The notes beneath the pieces were generated by a model. That model saw only the letters and a list, made by a program, of their open reading frames with translations, was not told where the DNA came from and made no database searches. A DNA stretch of 63,870 nucleotides, counting the filler, from Octopus bimaculoides (Eukaryota), in assembly GCF_001194135.2 (NCBI RefSeq). It is 6 parts of 5 records of this genome, joined end to end, with 100 filler letters (N's around TTAATTAATTAA, not from the genome) between each part and the next. Parts side by side here need not be neighbours in the genome. Positions count along the whole stretch, not along the records: positions 1 to 25,633 come from NC_068997.1; 5 more parts are not named here. One strand, written 5' to 3'. The position numbers and the translations under genes are program-made. This document shows positions 1 to 12,506 of this stretch, piece by piece. Every line of letters begins with the position of its first letter. Positions within the stretch are counted from its first letter, which is position 1.

Positions 1-100
1 TATACATACATATACGTATATACATATATAGATATATATATATAAATATACATACAAACATACATAAATATACATACATATATATATATATATATATATG

Positions 101-352
101 GTGGTTGTCTACTCCTTACACAGAGTTAGACCACCTCCTGCACCTACACCTTAGCCCTTTCATGGCGTCTGATGTGGCTTTTTAAACCAGACAATGTTTT
201 GAAAATACACCCACACAGATTGCACCTCTGATTTGTACTACCAATACCTGCAGGTAAGTTCTGCTCATTGTGGATCCTAACATGTCTTTTAAGACCCCCA
301 TTGGATTTGCAAGCCCTCTGGCACACACAACATTCAAACGTATATATATGTT
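101..352 (-). mobile_element. Two-finger C2H2 zinc-finger coding fragment, most likely the 3' end of a 5'-truncated RTE-like LINE (alternative: terminal exon of a host C2H2 gene)
   Basis: The frame extends upstream of the ORF call: FECCVCQRACKSNGGLKRHVRIH ... RCNLCGCIFKTLSGLKSHIRRH, giving two CxxC-x12-HxxxH fingers with no TGEKP linker. The stop at 144 is followed by a ~45-nt 3' UTR running directly into a (TA)n tract. Confidence 0.55.
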
Positions 353-591
353 CTGTGAAAATTATAAGGGTAGAACATTTAGAAAAATTTTCATATCACT
401 TGTTGACGACAGTGACTGCGCTTGCGTAGTTGATTTGAAAACATAATGTATATTTATGCAGCATACACGTGTGATTTTGGTAATATTAGCTACATAATTA
501 TGCATTGTCTTAGCGACCTCATCGATGAAGTACGGATGAGAAATTAATTTATTTGTTCATTAATACAGAAACTCGAGTTTGGGGTTAGTTC

Positions 592-792
592 TCAGGGAGA
601 TTCAGCGTAACACAGAGTATGATAAGGCTGACCCTTTGAAATACAAATGCTACTCATTTTTGCCAGCTGAGTGGACTAGAGGAACGTGGAATAAAACGTC
701 TTGCTCAAGGACACAACGCATCGCTGGGAATTGAATTCACGACCTTACGATCACGGACGGAATGCCCTAACCACTAAGCCACGCGCCTTCAC
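592..792 (-). mobile_element. tRNA-derived SINE, family A, partial
   Basis: The minus strand reads gtgaaggcgcgtggcttagtggttagg...gtgaattcaattccc (A/B-box-like head) then gtgtccttgagcaagac. Homologous to 54246-54559 and 54618-54925. Confidence 0.85.
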
Positions 793-798
793 ACACAC

Positions 799-844
<46 letters not shown>

Positions 845-904
845 AAGGTGTATATATAGATATATGCATATGTGTACGTATGTGAGTATAGGCATAAATA
901 GGTT

Positions 905-905
905 G

Positions 906-956
<51 letters not shown>
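905..956. repeat. (TAGA)n microsatellite
   Basis: Direct reading. Confidence 0.95.
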
Positions 957-1454
957 GAGGGTGGGAGAGAGAGATGGAGCTGGAGAGAGATGAAAGGCCG
1001 AGTACTGAGTGGAGAACAAAATATGTGAGAATGAGGCGGAGCTTATATAAAGTTTGAAAAGTGTTAATAAAAGTTTTCTTATTTGTTGATGATGGGTGAA
1101 AGTGTACTGAAGAATATCGATGACTCAAATAGAATTGGAAGCTGAAGGCTGTGTTTCAGACAATGTGTGAGATTTGCTCTCTTTATTTACCTTCCCCTTC
1201 CCTTTAGTCAGTTAAACTTTGTCACTATTTAACAGAGTTGTGAAGACGTCAGTACACAATTAGTAATAGAGATGTTCGTAGTTATTAACCTGTCTTGAAA
1301 TGACAAACGTTTCAAATAATGAAACCCTACGTTTGAGAGGAAACGAAATACCCAAAATAGACTTAAGCAACTTTAACTGGCAATTTGACCGAATTATCAA
1401 CGATTGCCGCCTGTAAGATATTGCGAAATCACGTATTGCAGTATGGTAAAAAAT

Positions 1455-1486
1455 AACACACACAAACACACACAAACACACACACT

Positions 1487-1526
<40 letters not shown>

Positions 1527-1640
1527 GACACACACAGAGAGACACAGACACACACACACAGACACACAGACACACACAGACACACACATTCACACACACA
1601 CACACACACACAAACATACACACACAAATACACACACATC
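1455..1640. repeat. Imperfect (CA)n microsatellite
   Basis: Direct reading; it explains the HT/CV-rich pseudo-ORFs. Confidence 0.95.
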
Positions 1641-1859
1641 CACGCATTGTATATGTTAATATATANNNNNNNNNNNNNNNNNNNNNNNNNNNNNNNNNNN
1701 NNNNNNNNNNNNNNNNNNNNNNNNNNNNNNNNNNNNNNNNNNNNNNNNNNNNNNNNNNNNNNNNNNNNNNNNNNNNNNNNNNNNNNNNNNNNNNNNNNNN
1801 NNNNNNNNNNNNNNNNNNNNNNNNNNNATATATATATATATATATATACATACATATAT

Positions 1860-1935
1860 GAAGGCGGTGAGCTGGCAGAATCACTAACAAGCCGGTCAAA
1901 ATGCTTTGCGGTATTTCATCCGTCTTCAGGTTCTG
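1860..1935 (+). mobile_element. SINE family C, 5' fragment
   Basis: aaggcggtgagctggcagaatc...aaatgctttgcggtatttc matches 12291-12506, 34930-35140 and 61698-61890. Confidence 0.8.
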
Positions 1936-2749
1936 AATGAATGAATGAATGCATTCATGTGTGTATATCATTATCAATTTTATTTCAAGATTTCTTACCA
2001 ATAAAAAAATAGTCAGTTTCTGATATAGATCCAAGGCTCCTTCATAGGAATTTCAACATTAACAGGGTAATTTTGCATGTATTTATATGGGCAATTTGTA
2101 TGCATGTATGTATGTATTTCGTTCATTTCCCTGCATTACAATTCTACTGGATCTTTCCATCCTTGACACATCTGTTAAGAAATAAACGAAAACAGAATAT
2201 GACATTTTTTATGTATTCAGAAATACTTAAAATGATTTCTACAGCTATCGTGCAAATTTCAACAACTTTGTGCCGTTAATGATATTATTTGAGTTTTTAT
2301 TACGCGACAAAAATCTTTTCATACTTGGTCTCGTGTTTGTTGGGTTACGAAAAAACATACCTGTGACACAATTACCGACAACAAAACTATAAAAATGCGT
2401 TTAAATATGGCTACATGATATATTTCAGGCACAAGCGGTTATAATAGCTTCTAGACACATAAATTACTATCAGATACATTAAATAAAGCAGGAGCTTATA
2501 TACCATAACTCGGCCCGATAGAAATAGTAGCTAAAACTGTCTCAAACGCTATCATAAAAAATTCCCCAAACACTTAAAACGTGCGAACAACAATTGGATT
2601 GCATAGTCCTTGCTATGCTGCATTTGAGTAAAAGTTAAAATTTTTACGAAAAGGACATTTGATCATAGGTCCAGCCTTAGAGGTAGACAACAGCAATAAC
2701 ATTCAAATATAGATGACGCAGTTGCAGTAAAACGGAATGAGTATCGGGT

Positions 2750-3780
2750 TTTATTATAAGTCATAGAAAAACGTAAAAGAAAATACGGCAGGTCATGTCT
2801 GGAACAGGCTTTTGATCTCAGGTTTGTCTGACCTCGTGCCAAACAATTCAAAATGCAACGACAGTATATTACTCTCCTCAAACCAATTATTCTTTTTATC
2901 GATTTTTTTTTATTGAAATTAATTTCTTTTTGAAAGAAATTAAAACACATGTAGTTGGTTTGGCCCAAGTACTTATTGTATGCAGTTATTATATGTCATT
3001 AGACATTTTCTTTCTTGGAATTGGATCTCGAAGTCCTACTATATCGAGCGGGTCATGCACTTGTATAATCAGATGTTGTCTTACAAAATGGTTTCTATGC
3101 AGCTACAGCAATCGTTTCTGTCCGTGGTTGGAATGAGTCATTAAAAGATCTTTGTTCTTATGCCTACACTTTAACACTACATCTTTCGTTTTGTTGAGAA
3201 TATCAAATATAGGTATAATATAATTGTACTTCTCGGTCACCCAAAAGAGATGTCTCTTTCACTGTTAACCTAAGATATTGCGATTTCAAGTTCGGAATAG
3301 CTTACTGTAGAATTACCCAATCGTTTTCAACAAAGAAATGTATGGCTATATTGAGGTAGGTGTTTTTATTGTATCCATTTCGGCCCACCCGGGTTCATAT
3401 GAGGTGTTTGTCAGTGAATCGACACATCAGAGTATTACTGATGCTGCTTTCTGGTGGCCGGTCTGATTTGTTCCTAACAGTGTATTTAGTTTTATTACTT
3501 GCAAGGTGGCAATGTTTTCCCCATAGCTATATTGATCTAATCAGGTGGTTTAGCAAAGTATGCCTGTTCCCAGATAATTTATAAGGTTGGATAAAGTAAG
3601 ATTGTGACCATTAATTAGGATTCCAGTGAGGAATTCACCACTAATAATGACATCGATATCGATGTAATAACAGGCATCAAGAAGTCTCTCATGTTCTTTG
3701 ATGATTTCTTCATATGGAAGAAAGAAAGTGATGAGCGAAAACAAATATAAGTCATTACCGAAGTCGATTAGGTCAAAATA
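2750..3780 (-). pseudogene. Possible very old LINE endonuclease remnant
   Basis: Minus-strand DVIISGEF resembles the APE IIxGDFN motif, followed by a broken frame with multiple stops. Weak. Confidence 0.25.
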
Positions 3781-3899
3781 ACCAGGCTTAGCCCTTGTAC
3801 CACTGTGGCTAATGGAGATTATTCAAGGGCGATTAAATATATCTCTCCGATGATAGGTATGAAACAGAGGAGTTTGAAATTTAAAGAGAAAGACAGAGA

Positions 3900-3961
<62 letters not shown>

Positions 3962-4114
3962 AATACTGATACAGGGAGAGCAAATGCGCTCGACGGAGTT
4001 TATATGTTTGTAAAGAGTATTAGTGACCTAAGTTAGAGGAATTCATTGCAGCCAGGAATCGAAGTCAATTCACAAAGATTGATCGGGATCTTACTTTCTG
4101 CAATCACAGAATTC

Positions 4115-4535
4115 ATTTTATTCAGTTCTATGACATGATTAATTGAGATTAATTATTTTGTGAGCAGATAACTAAACATCATCTTGGCATTCATGAAATC
4201 TGTTTCACATGAAACACTCACATCACCTGATTTATCAAGAAAATCGACCTTCAGGCGAATCATTTCTTGAGTTGCAATTGGATGTGGTTTTTTACTTGTC
4301 AGTTTTAGAATAGCTACACTTTGGACATTTTCTATTTCCTTTTCCTTTATTTTTTTTACTAGTTATCTTATACCTTGGTAACATTTTTGATGTTTAAATC
4401 TCTTGCGTGTGTCAAATTGATAGCGATAATTTTTATTCCATATGTTTTGGTTAATATTTTTATATTTTGCTTAATAATCACCGTTTCAACATCTTAGCAC
4501 TTTCTTTCAGTTGACAGCAGCATGAATTTTGCATT
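4115..4535 (+). repeat. ~420-bp repeat, copy 1 of a direct pair
   Basis: Shares ordered blocks (ctaaacatca, ttggcattcaYgaaatct, aggcgaat, gtttaaatctcttgcgtg, gtcaaattga, aatcaccgtttcaac, ttgacagcaRcatgaa) with 6015-6470. Confidence 0.8.
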
Positions 4536-4996
4536 GCAGTATGACGACCACCTTCTTTGTACAATACACTATGTCACTAATGTTTCTATATGGGGCGACA
4601 TTGTTACCCAAAGAATTATTGTGGAAATGTGGGCTAAACGTATTACAGTCTATAGATACACACCCTGTACCTTTCTGAATTTAAATTCATATTAACCTTC
4701 TCAGCCGATAAAATAAACAACATAGCATATAATAGTCACAATTTAAACTAGTAAATTACTTCAATGCAAATTTTGGTCTTTTGCGGATTGGACAAATGTA
4801 TTATTGCTTAATGACTTTTAGTCAGCCATTAGTTATGACACTTTTCTAATGACTGTTTGATGTGGATATCTAAATCTGACACAAAAAATGTGTTGAAAAA
4901 GTATTAAGAAAGTGCGTAATTGATATTGTCGACTTCGTTCTCGTAAAGAACTTCGTTTCATGAATACTGGTTTATGATCGAAGTTTAATCCTTCGC

Positions 4997-5033
<37 letters not shown>

Positions 5034-5609
5034 TGTGTGTGTGTGTGGGTGTGGGTGTGTATGCGTTACATGACACAGGTACGAAAAAAATTCAGGACTC
5101 TGCGTTTCTGTGCTAACAGTGCAAGGAATTTTGCACTTCATCAGCTTATGTAAGTTTAATGTATGCTTTCAAAATGCTTAACAAGGGAGCGAACACCATC
5201 TTCAGGCTTCTGCATAACTTTGTTTCTGTCTAACTAATGTCACTGAAAAGATAATGGTCAGCGTGTGGTTATTCAAGGAAACCTCTTCCCAAGATGCTTC
5301 ACAGCGAAATGATCCTAGAACCGTTATTTAACCGTTGAGACATGACTGCTCTCCTACTTGGCCATTAACGACGTACTTAGGGGTGAAACAGATCCAAGGA
5401 AATAATGAAGATAGGCCACCGTGGCAAGACCAAGTATATTACTCTATTGCAATATTAATTGACTCTGTTCACACTTACCTGACTGTTTCGTAAATGACAA
5501 AAGCGGTTTTAAAGAAGACTGCTTAGTTTTGATTTACTCCCCGGCCTTCATTGGTGTCCTGGTGGAATTTTGAACCCAAACCCCGGGTTATCATTTCTAA
5601 GGTATGTTT

Positions 5610-5736
5610 TTATGTTGTTGTTGTTGTTGTTATTATTATTATTTATTTATTCAAGGCACTGCCTGGAATTGAACTCGGAATCTTGGGGTTAGTAGCCCGC
5701 GCTCTTAACCATTACGCTATATGCCCGTGGGCATAT
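5610..5736 (-). mobile_element. Short tRNA-derived SINE / tRNA pseudogene with (TAA/CAA)n tail
   Basis: The minus strand gggcatatagcgtaatggttaagagcgcgggctactaaccccaagattccgagttcaattccaggcagtgcct has A and B boxes and a Ser-like CTACTAA loop. The T-stem has 2 mismatches, and a microsatellite tail follows. Confidence 0.7.
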
Positions 5737-6014
5737 CTATACTATACTAGTATAGTATAGTATAGTATAGAATAGTATAGTATAGTATAGTAGTTTAGTA
5801 GAGTTTGCGAGAAAGAGAAAAAGAATATTGAGAGAGGAGTGAAGGAATACTGAGAACAGAAAAAGTAACAGAGGAGTCAAAAGAAATAAACAGTTATAAG
5901 TTCATAGCCATTTAGAATTATTAATGTTAGGGAAGTAAGCATTTGACAAGGACTCGAAACCAAAGCGTAACTGATGGTAGGGAGCATGTCTTCTACTATT
6001 ACAGTATTCATCCT

Positions 6015-6470
6015 ATTCCTTTCAACCAAATGATTAATTGACTTAGGATTATGTAGGCAGATACCTAAACATCACTTTGGCATTCACGAAATCTATTTCA
6101 TAGAAACGCTGTTTCAACTAATTTATCAATTTTGTGTAAAATGTCCGTGCTTAAGCATTCTTTTTTTTCTTACATCAACAAATCAACCTTTAGGCGAATA
6201 ATTTCATGAGTTTAAATTGTATTTTCATTTTCATTTATTATTTATCTTTATTTTTCAGACAGTTTCTATTTTCAATATTTTCTACTTCTTGTTTTTCGTT
6301 GTTATCTTATAGCCTGGTAACATATTTAATGTTTAAATCTCTTGCGTGAGTCAAATTGACAGTGAATAATCTTTTTTGTTTTGGTTAATATTTTTTAATG
6401 TTTATTTTAAAATCACCGTTTCAACTTGTTACAACTTTTCTTCATTTGACAGCAACATGAAATTTTATAT
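6015..6470 (+). repeat. ~450-bp repeat, copy 2 of a direct pair
   Basis: Colinear with 4115-4535 apart from a ~50-nt insertion near 6130-6180. Confidence 0.8.
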
Positions 6471-6867
6471 TTCAAAATTTCAAATAAGACGCGCGGTGCT
6501 TTATGTGATAGCGGATAAGACTGAATAAGACTTAGGAGATTTGAGGCTACAAAAAGCTTTCGATTCCCGGGGATTACCACTTCATTTAGATTGCTCATGA
6601 CTTTCGGAAATGTATAAATGAGACAATATGTCATTATCTATTTCCGTCTAAGATATAATGCATTTGTGATAGTTAATCAAATATATATATCAATGTTTTT
6701 TATAGAATAGAAGGGCATACCTAAAATGAAGAATGTTAAAAAAGCTAAACATGTCTAGAGTTGTCTCCTATATTTCCGAAGTGATTAGAATATTTACAGT
6801 AATGTGCTTTCATCGTCATATATGTGTATTTTAGGTTTCGGAATTACATCACAGCATTAGATGTAGA

Positions 6868-6876
6868 CTATCTATC

Positions 6877-6959
<83 letters not shown>

Positions 6960-6975
6960 ATGTCTGTCTGTCTGT
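6868..6975. repeat. (TATC)n/(TGTC)n microsatellite
   Basis: Direct reading. Confidence 0.95.
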
Positions 6976-7331
6976 CTGTTCTTCTTTCTTTCAACATGTT
7001 TGCCTGTATGAGGATATATGCATGTCCGTCTGTATAAGTTTAGTTAGATGAAATGTGATATCGTGATAATCTTGTTTCAATACCATTAACTAGAAAAATA
7101 AACGAACTTGTATTAAACTTGAATCGAAGACGACTCTCAATGCTGATTGTGCAGGAGACCAGAACTTGATTAACCGTAATACTTACAAACATGTACATTG
7201 AGTTAATGATATCTATTTTAATTTTGAAAACCGCTCACTTACATTCTGACATCACGGTAGTTCTATGTGCATAAAATATTATAACATCATACTTTTGTTA
7301 TTGCAATGCTACATCTTTAACTTCTTAAATA

Positions 7332-7553
7332 TAGTAAACCGTCGCCATATCATGTTTCACCTATCGTGGTTTTTTATTTAGGCTTACGTCGATTCCTCGG
7401 TGGTGTTGTTAGGCATTTATAATAAAATAAATATATACAATTTATAAAAATAATTAAAAGAAAATACAGTACAGTACTGTTTCAACTTTGTGGATTTTCA
7501 CCTATCGCGGGAGGTTTTGGAACGTAACTCCCGCGATAGTCGAGGGATTATTG
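7332..7553. mobile_element. Tigger/pogo-like MITE
   Basis: TA flanks at 7330-31 and 7554-55. Ends are tagtaaaccgtcg / cgagggattattg, with a perfect 12-bp internal hairpin (7502-7513 / 7528-7539). It is a reverse-complement homologue of 55512-55733. Confidence 0.8.
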
Positions 7554-10038
7554 TACATCGTATTAATTCGCTGGAATATGGAATATCGCGCTTTGCTTTT
7601 TTTCTCTTCCTACACTTTGCGATCTGAGTTCTAGTGTCGCCGAAGTCAACTTACCTTTTCTTTTCGGAATTGATAAAAAGTTTGCCAATCATGGGCTGTG
7701 GATTGCTAGAAATTTTAGAAGTCAAGAAAAGTTCTTTGTGGTAGTTGTTATATCTTTTTAAATTCTAACAGCAACACCTGCAACAAAACTTGTAACAAGA
7801 TTGGCCTAAGTCGGCGACCTTTCCTTACGTTAAACATCAATGGCATGAAGAAGAGTGTATGTATGGATAACTGCCTGGGCCCACCAAAAATATCTTATAC
7901 AGCCCTGCACGTACATGTGCAAAGGTACAATCAACTTTGACCGTCGAAGGCTCTAACTTCATGATGGCGACTTCTGTTAATAATCTTGTAATGGCATGTA
8001 TGAAAGTTACATGTCTCTCAAGATTTGATAAGGAATTTTGATTATGTAATTTGCATTAAATAACTAATAATGATTCTTAAGGAAACATACGTAATATGGT
8101 GTTATTAAATATTTTATAAACGAACTTCCATACTTTGTTTTGTTACACACACACATACACGCACACACACACACGCACATATAAAATGCTGAGTCACTGT
8201 GATGTACACACTAATGTAAACACCATTGTGAAATAGATACACACATGGTTACGTTTTGCTTGTTATTTCACAACACATAACATCCATCGCTTACTGTAGG
8301 TGTATTTCATGTCAGAGAATAATTGCCGAGATCATTTTGTTTCTAACATGAAGTAATACAAAAATGAAAATAGATATTTGAGAATGTTCTGTAAAGAATG
8401 AAATTCAATCAAGAGCAATGTTGTTTTCGAACAAAGGATCAAGTAAGGCTTAGTTAAAGAATTCCAGATTAATAAACGAGAAGGGTTATCGCAATGTAGG
8501 CAAGTAAATTTATTCAAATGGAAATAGACAGATAAGAGTCAGTGTTAGTAACCTTACAAGAGATAAAATGAATATTATGGTAAGTCAAATCTTAAATCCA
8601 TTAAATGAAGAAAAATAAATACCTGCCAGAAGATAGTTTTGTATTTGAATTACTATGGAGGAGAGAAAAACAAATTACTCAGGCTTAAAGTAAAGTGACG
8701 ATTATTTCAAACATAATGTTTGGATGAATTGAATTATGCATACGTTAATATGAATCATTAGATTTCAAGTTTACAAAATCTCTAGCGAAATAGAATTTCC
8801 CTTAACTAAAATATGAGATTTTTGGTGCTTCCTGCTAAATATATGTTAAATTTGAACACTAACTAAGACTGAAAATTGTAGTTTATGTGGGTTTAGAAGA
8901 ATGGAATCTGTTTCACGGACAATTTGAGAGAAGCTTCACACTATTCTCCATGCTTTTGCACGTGTATTTTATAAATAGTAATAGAATTTTGATTTTGTCT
9001 AATTTTCATACTCTGGCTGCACGAAAGGTTTGGGAATTTATGCGAAAAATAATGTAATAACTCTTAATTTTCCATTTGTAATGGGTGCATATTTATATTG
9101 TCAACCTAAAGATGGTTACAGTCACAAAGGACACGCATGAAAGCGAATCAGAAGAGGTAGACCAGTGCAGACTATTTTCTAATTATTATACATTTTTGGA
9201 TGTCTTTTCATTAAGTCATTTGTAGATACATCTATGCAGCGTTTAGTTTTTTTACATTTACATTTTGCTCATTTTTAGATTAATCCTAAAACGTTTTAAA
9301 TTATGAACTTCTAACATTAGGACAATAGCACTGATTTTAGCGGGAAAAGAAAAAATGTTGATTAAATCGATTGCCAAACTTACTTGTTACTTATCCTTGA
9401 CGTTTGGAAATGAAAAACAAAGCTGACTCAACAAAATCTGAACGCCAAAATATACAGAAACATAACTAAATGTTTTCAAGGTATTTTTATGCGGTGCTTT
9501 ACCTGTTCTGCAGGTAAACCACTCCAGGAAAGGTTTTAATATATTCAAAATATATTAACATAAACACAAGCACATACGTTTCGAAAATGAAATATATAGA
9601 TCCCAGTATCGAAAATTCTCAATCAGTTCGCGAGATAAAAAATCTGCTTCGGCTAGAGTTGAAGTCAGAACCTAAATCGTATGGAAATTCTATTCGCTGC
9701 TAAACCAATTCCACGACTCAACATCCTAAAGAAATTTTATCAGATTAAAAGCATATTTATTCAAAACACCATGTGATAAAGTAGATATTACATAAACTTT
9801 ATTTGAGCAACCTTGCATTTACAAACGAAATACACGGCTGTCAAATGGTCCGGTTCATTTAGTTGTATGTAATGTATGGTAGGAAGAAGTCACTGCTCCA
9901 GGCAATTGTGGCGTTATAAATTTGTTTAGCTCACAATGCAGAGTTCACCTTTTCTGTATTTGTGTGCATGTGTATGATTGTGTGTGTGTGTGTATTTGTG
10001 TGTTTGAGAAGTTGACAGATAGATAAATAAAGATAGGA

Positions 10039-10041
<3 letters not shown>

Positions 10042-10128
<87 letters not shown>
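10042..10128. repeat. (GA)n microsatellite
   Basis: Direct reading. Confidence 0.95.
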
Positions 10129-10134
<6 letters not shown>

Positions 10135-12199
10135 ACAGATAACTGGAATATTAACATATGTCAGCATAACTGTGTCTAGCTGGAAGGTACAGCAAACTGG
10201 ACGAAGTCTTGTTTAAGAAGCTCACTTCGCATGCATATATATGTATATATATGCATGTATATGTATGTATATATATGTATATATATATATATATATATAT
10301 NNNNNNNNNNNNNNNNNNNNNNNNNNNNNNNNNNNNNNNNNNNNNNNNNNNNNNNNNNNNNNNNNNNNNNNNNNNNNNNNNNNNNNNNNNNNNNNNNNNN
10401 NNNNNNNNNNNNNNNNNNNNNNNNNNNNNNNNNNNNNNNNNNNNNNNNNNNNNNNNNNNNNNNNNNNNNNNNNNNNNNNNNNNNNNNNNNNNNNNNNNNN
10501 NNNNNNNNNNNNNNNNNNNNNNNNNNNNNNNNNNNNNNNNNNNNNNNNNNNNNNNNNNNNNNNNNNNNNNNNNNNNNNNNNNNNNNNNNNNNNNNNNNNN
10601 NNNNNNNNNNNNNNNNNNNNNNNNNNNNNNNNNNNNNNNNNNNNNNNNNNNNNNNNNNNNNNNNNNNNNNNNNNNNNNNNNNNNNNNNNNNNNNNNNNNN
10701 NNNNNNNNNNNNNNNNNNNNNNNNNNNNNNNNNNNNNNNNNNNNNNNNNNNNNNNNNNNNNNNNNNNNNNNNNNNNNNNNNNNNNNNNNNNNNNNNNNNN
10801 NNNNNNNNNNNNNNNNNNNNNNNNNNNNNNNNNNNNNNNNNNNNNNNNNNNNNNNNNNNNNNNNNNNNNNNNNNNNNNNNNNNNNNNNNNNNNNNNNNNN
10901 NNNTATGTATGTATGTATATATATGTGTGTATGTATGTATGTATGTATATATATGTGTGTATGTATGTATGTATGTATATATATGTGTGTGTATGTATGT
11001 ATATATATGTGTGTGTATATGTATGTGTGTACATGTGTGTGTCTGTGGAGAGTGTTTATGTGCGTATTTCTTTTTCACCAATCTGTTCCCACAGCATAAT
11101 GAAACTAAGATAAAATAAATAATATACATCATGCAGAAATAGTCACAGAACTTAGTTGAAACTTTTCCAGTATGAAAAGAAATCTCAAACGTAAATTAAG
11201 AAAGTTGAATTGTATTAGGCTGATGCTCTTTTGTAAAGAACTGTTTGAAAATGCCGAGTTAAAAGAAAATGTATTGGACAAGCTAATTAAATTTTCCTGA
11301 TTTTATGATTTTCTGAAGTCGCAATAAATGAATCAATAGCAAACCAAGGCAACTATACTAGTTTTAGAAAGTTCGTATCTTGTCAGTAGAATTAAATGAT
11401 TGCGGTGGTTAGTATACATATTTCATTTTCAATGGCGCCGATTTCAAGGAGATAGCTTTGTACATGAAATGAAATATTAGCCGAAATGAAACAAATGTAA
11501 CTCTTACTCTATGATACTCAATTCTAAATAGGGAAACCAAGATTTCAATGGAACCATTGTTAAAAATGTCCCCTTGATAAATAGATTTTAGTAAAACTGA
11601 AGACAGTAATGGTAAATTCTGCTAGTTTAATAGCTGTCTCGGTTATGCCATAAACAGGGTTACAAGAGTAACATTTATCAGTGAAATTGTTGCACTTTGT
11701 TAGTGTTAACTATATGAAAAGTACAGTTAACCTAGCTGCAAACAGACAGCAGAAATATTCCACCAACAAAGATACAAAAATCACTACATAACTTTCAAGG
11801 AAAGAATGCAAAGTTAATTCTGGTGGAATTAACTTCAGAAGGCTGAGAAACATAATTAAGTATCCCAAGGTATTTTGGTGAGACGTTCTGTCGATTTTGT
11901 AATTCACCTTTTTTAGCCAAAGGATTATATTGATTTTTAGATTTAGCTTAAGAAAATGAATTTACTGAAAGAAAATTTTAGAAGAAGGAGCCCATTTGTG
12001 GGTTTTGTAGATTAGCGTGACAGACACAGCCGAAAGTTTTACTAACACGAGAGCAACAGCACTGCTTTCAAAAAATTCTTTGATTGTTATAGGAGAGTTG
12101 GTTTTCAGAGAGCTGGGAAAAGTGGGAGAATCATGAAAAGTTGTGAGTTCTGGCTTATCGAAGATGATGAATATAGGGAAGGGTGAAGTGAGACATATG

Positions 12200-12292
12200 T
12201 CCTCGAAGCAAAGATAATACATGGTTAATCCAAGACAATGAGAATAAATAAGCGTTATATTTCACAGAGTAATCTGAATGCTAAAGGGTTAA
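12200..12292 (-). mobile_element. piggyBac-like MITE end fragment
   Basis: The reverse complement starts ttaaccctttagcattcagatt (TTAA + CCC terminus) and matches 62710-62790. Confidence 0.6.
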
Positions 12293-12506
12293 GGCGATGA
12301 GCTGGCAGATTCGTTAGTAGGCTGGGCAAAGTGTTTAGTGGCATTTCTTACGACTTTATGCTCTGAATTCAAATGTTAGCGGAGTCAACTTTACCTTTCA
12401 TCCTTTCAAGGTAGATAAAATAAGCACCAGTTGAGCACCAGGGTCGATATAATCGACGTACCCTCTCCCTCGAAATTGTTGGCCATGTACCAAAACTTGT
12501 AACCGA
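12291..12506 (+). mobile_element. SINE family C
   Basis: Near full-length match to 34930-35140 and 61698-61890. Confidence 0.85.

Noticed and set aside
751-2034. YI/HT/CV/LSIY-repeat ORFs here and throughout (e.g. 40722-41104, 52990-53245, 56552-56807)
   Set aside because: Translations of (TA)n, (CA)n, (TATC)n and (TACA)n microsatellites.
5654-5726. Functional tRNA gene
   Set aside because: The T-stem and anticodon stem pair poorly, the anticodon is atypical, and a microsatellite tail is attached. All other tRNA-like heads in the window are SINE heads.
10176-11132. Long ORFs full of X (also 15786-16535, 23590-24478, 27207-27825, 31756-32411, 37227-37931, 38998-40026, 57932-59173 and others)
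   Set aside because: They are open only because N runs and microsatellites contain no stop codons.
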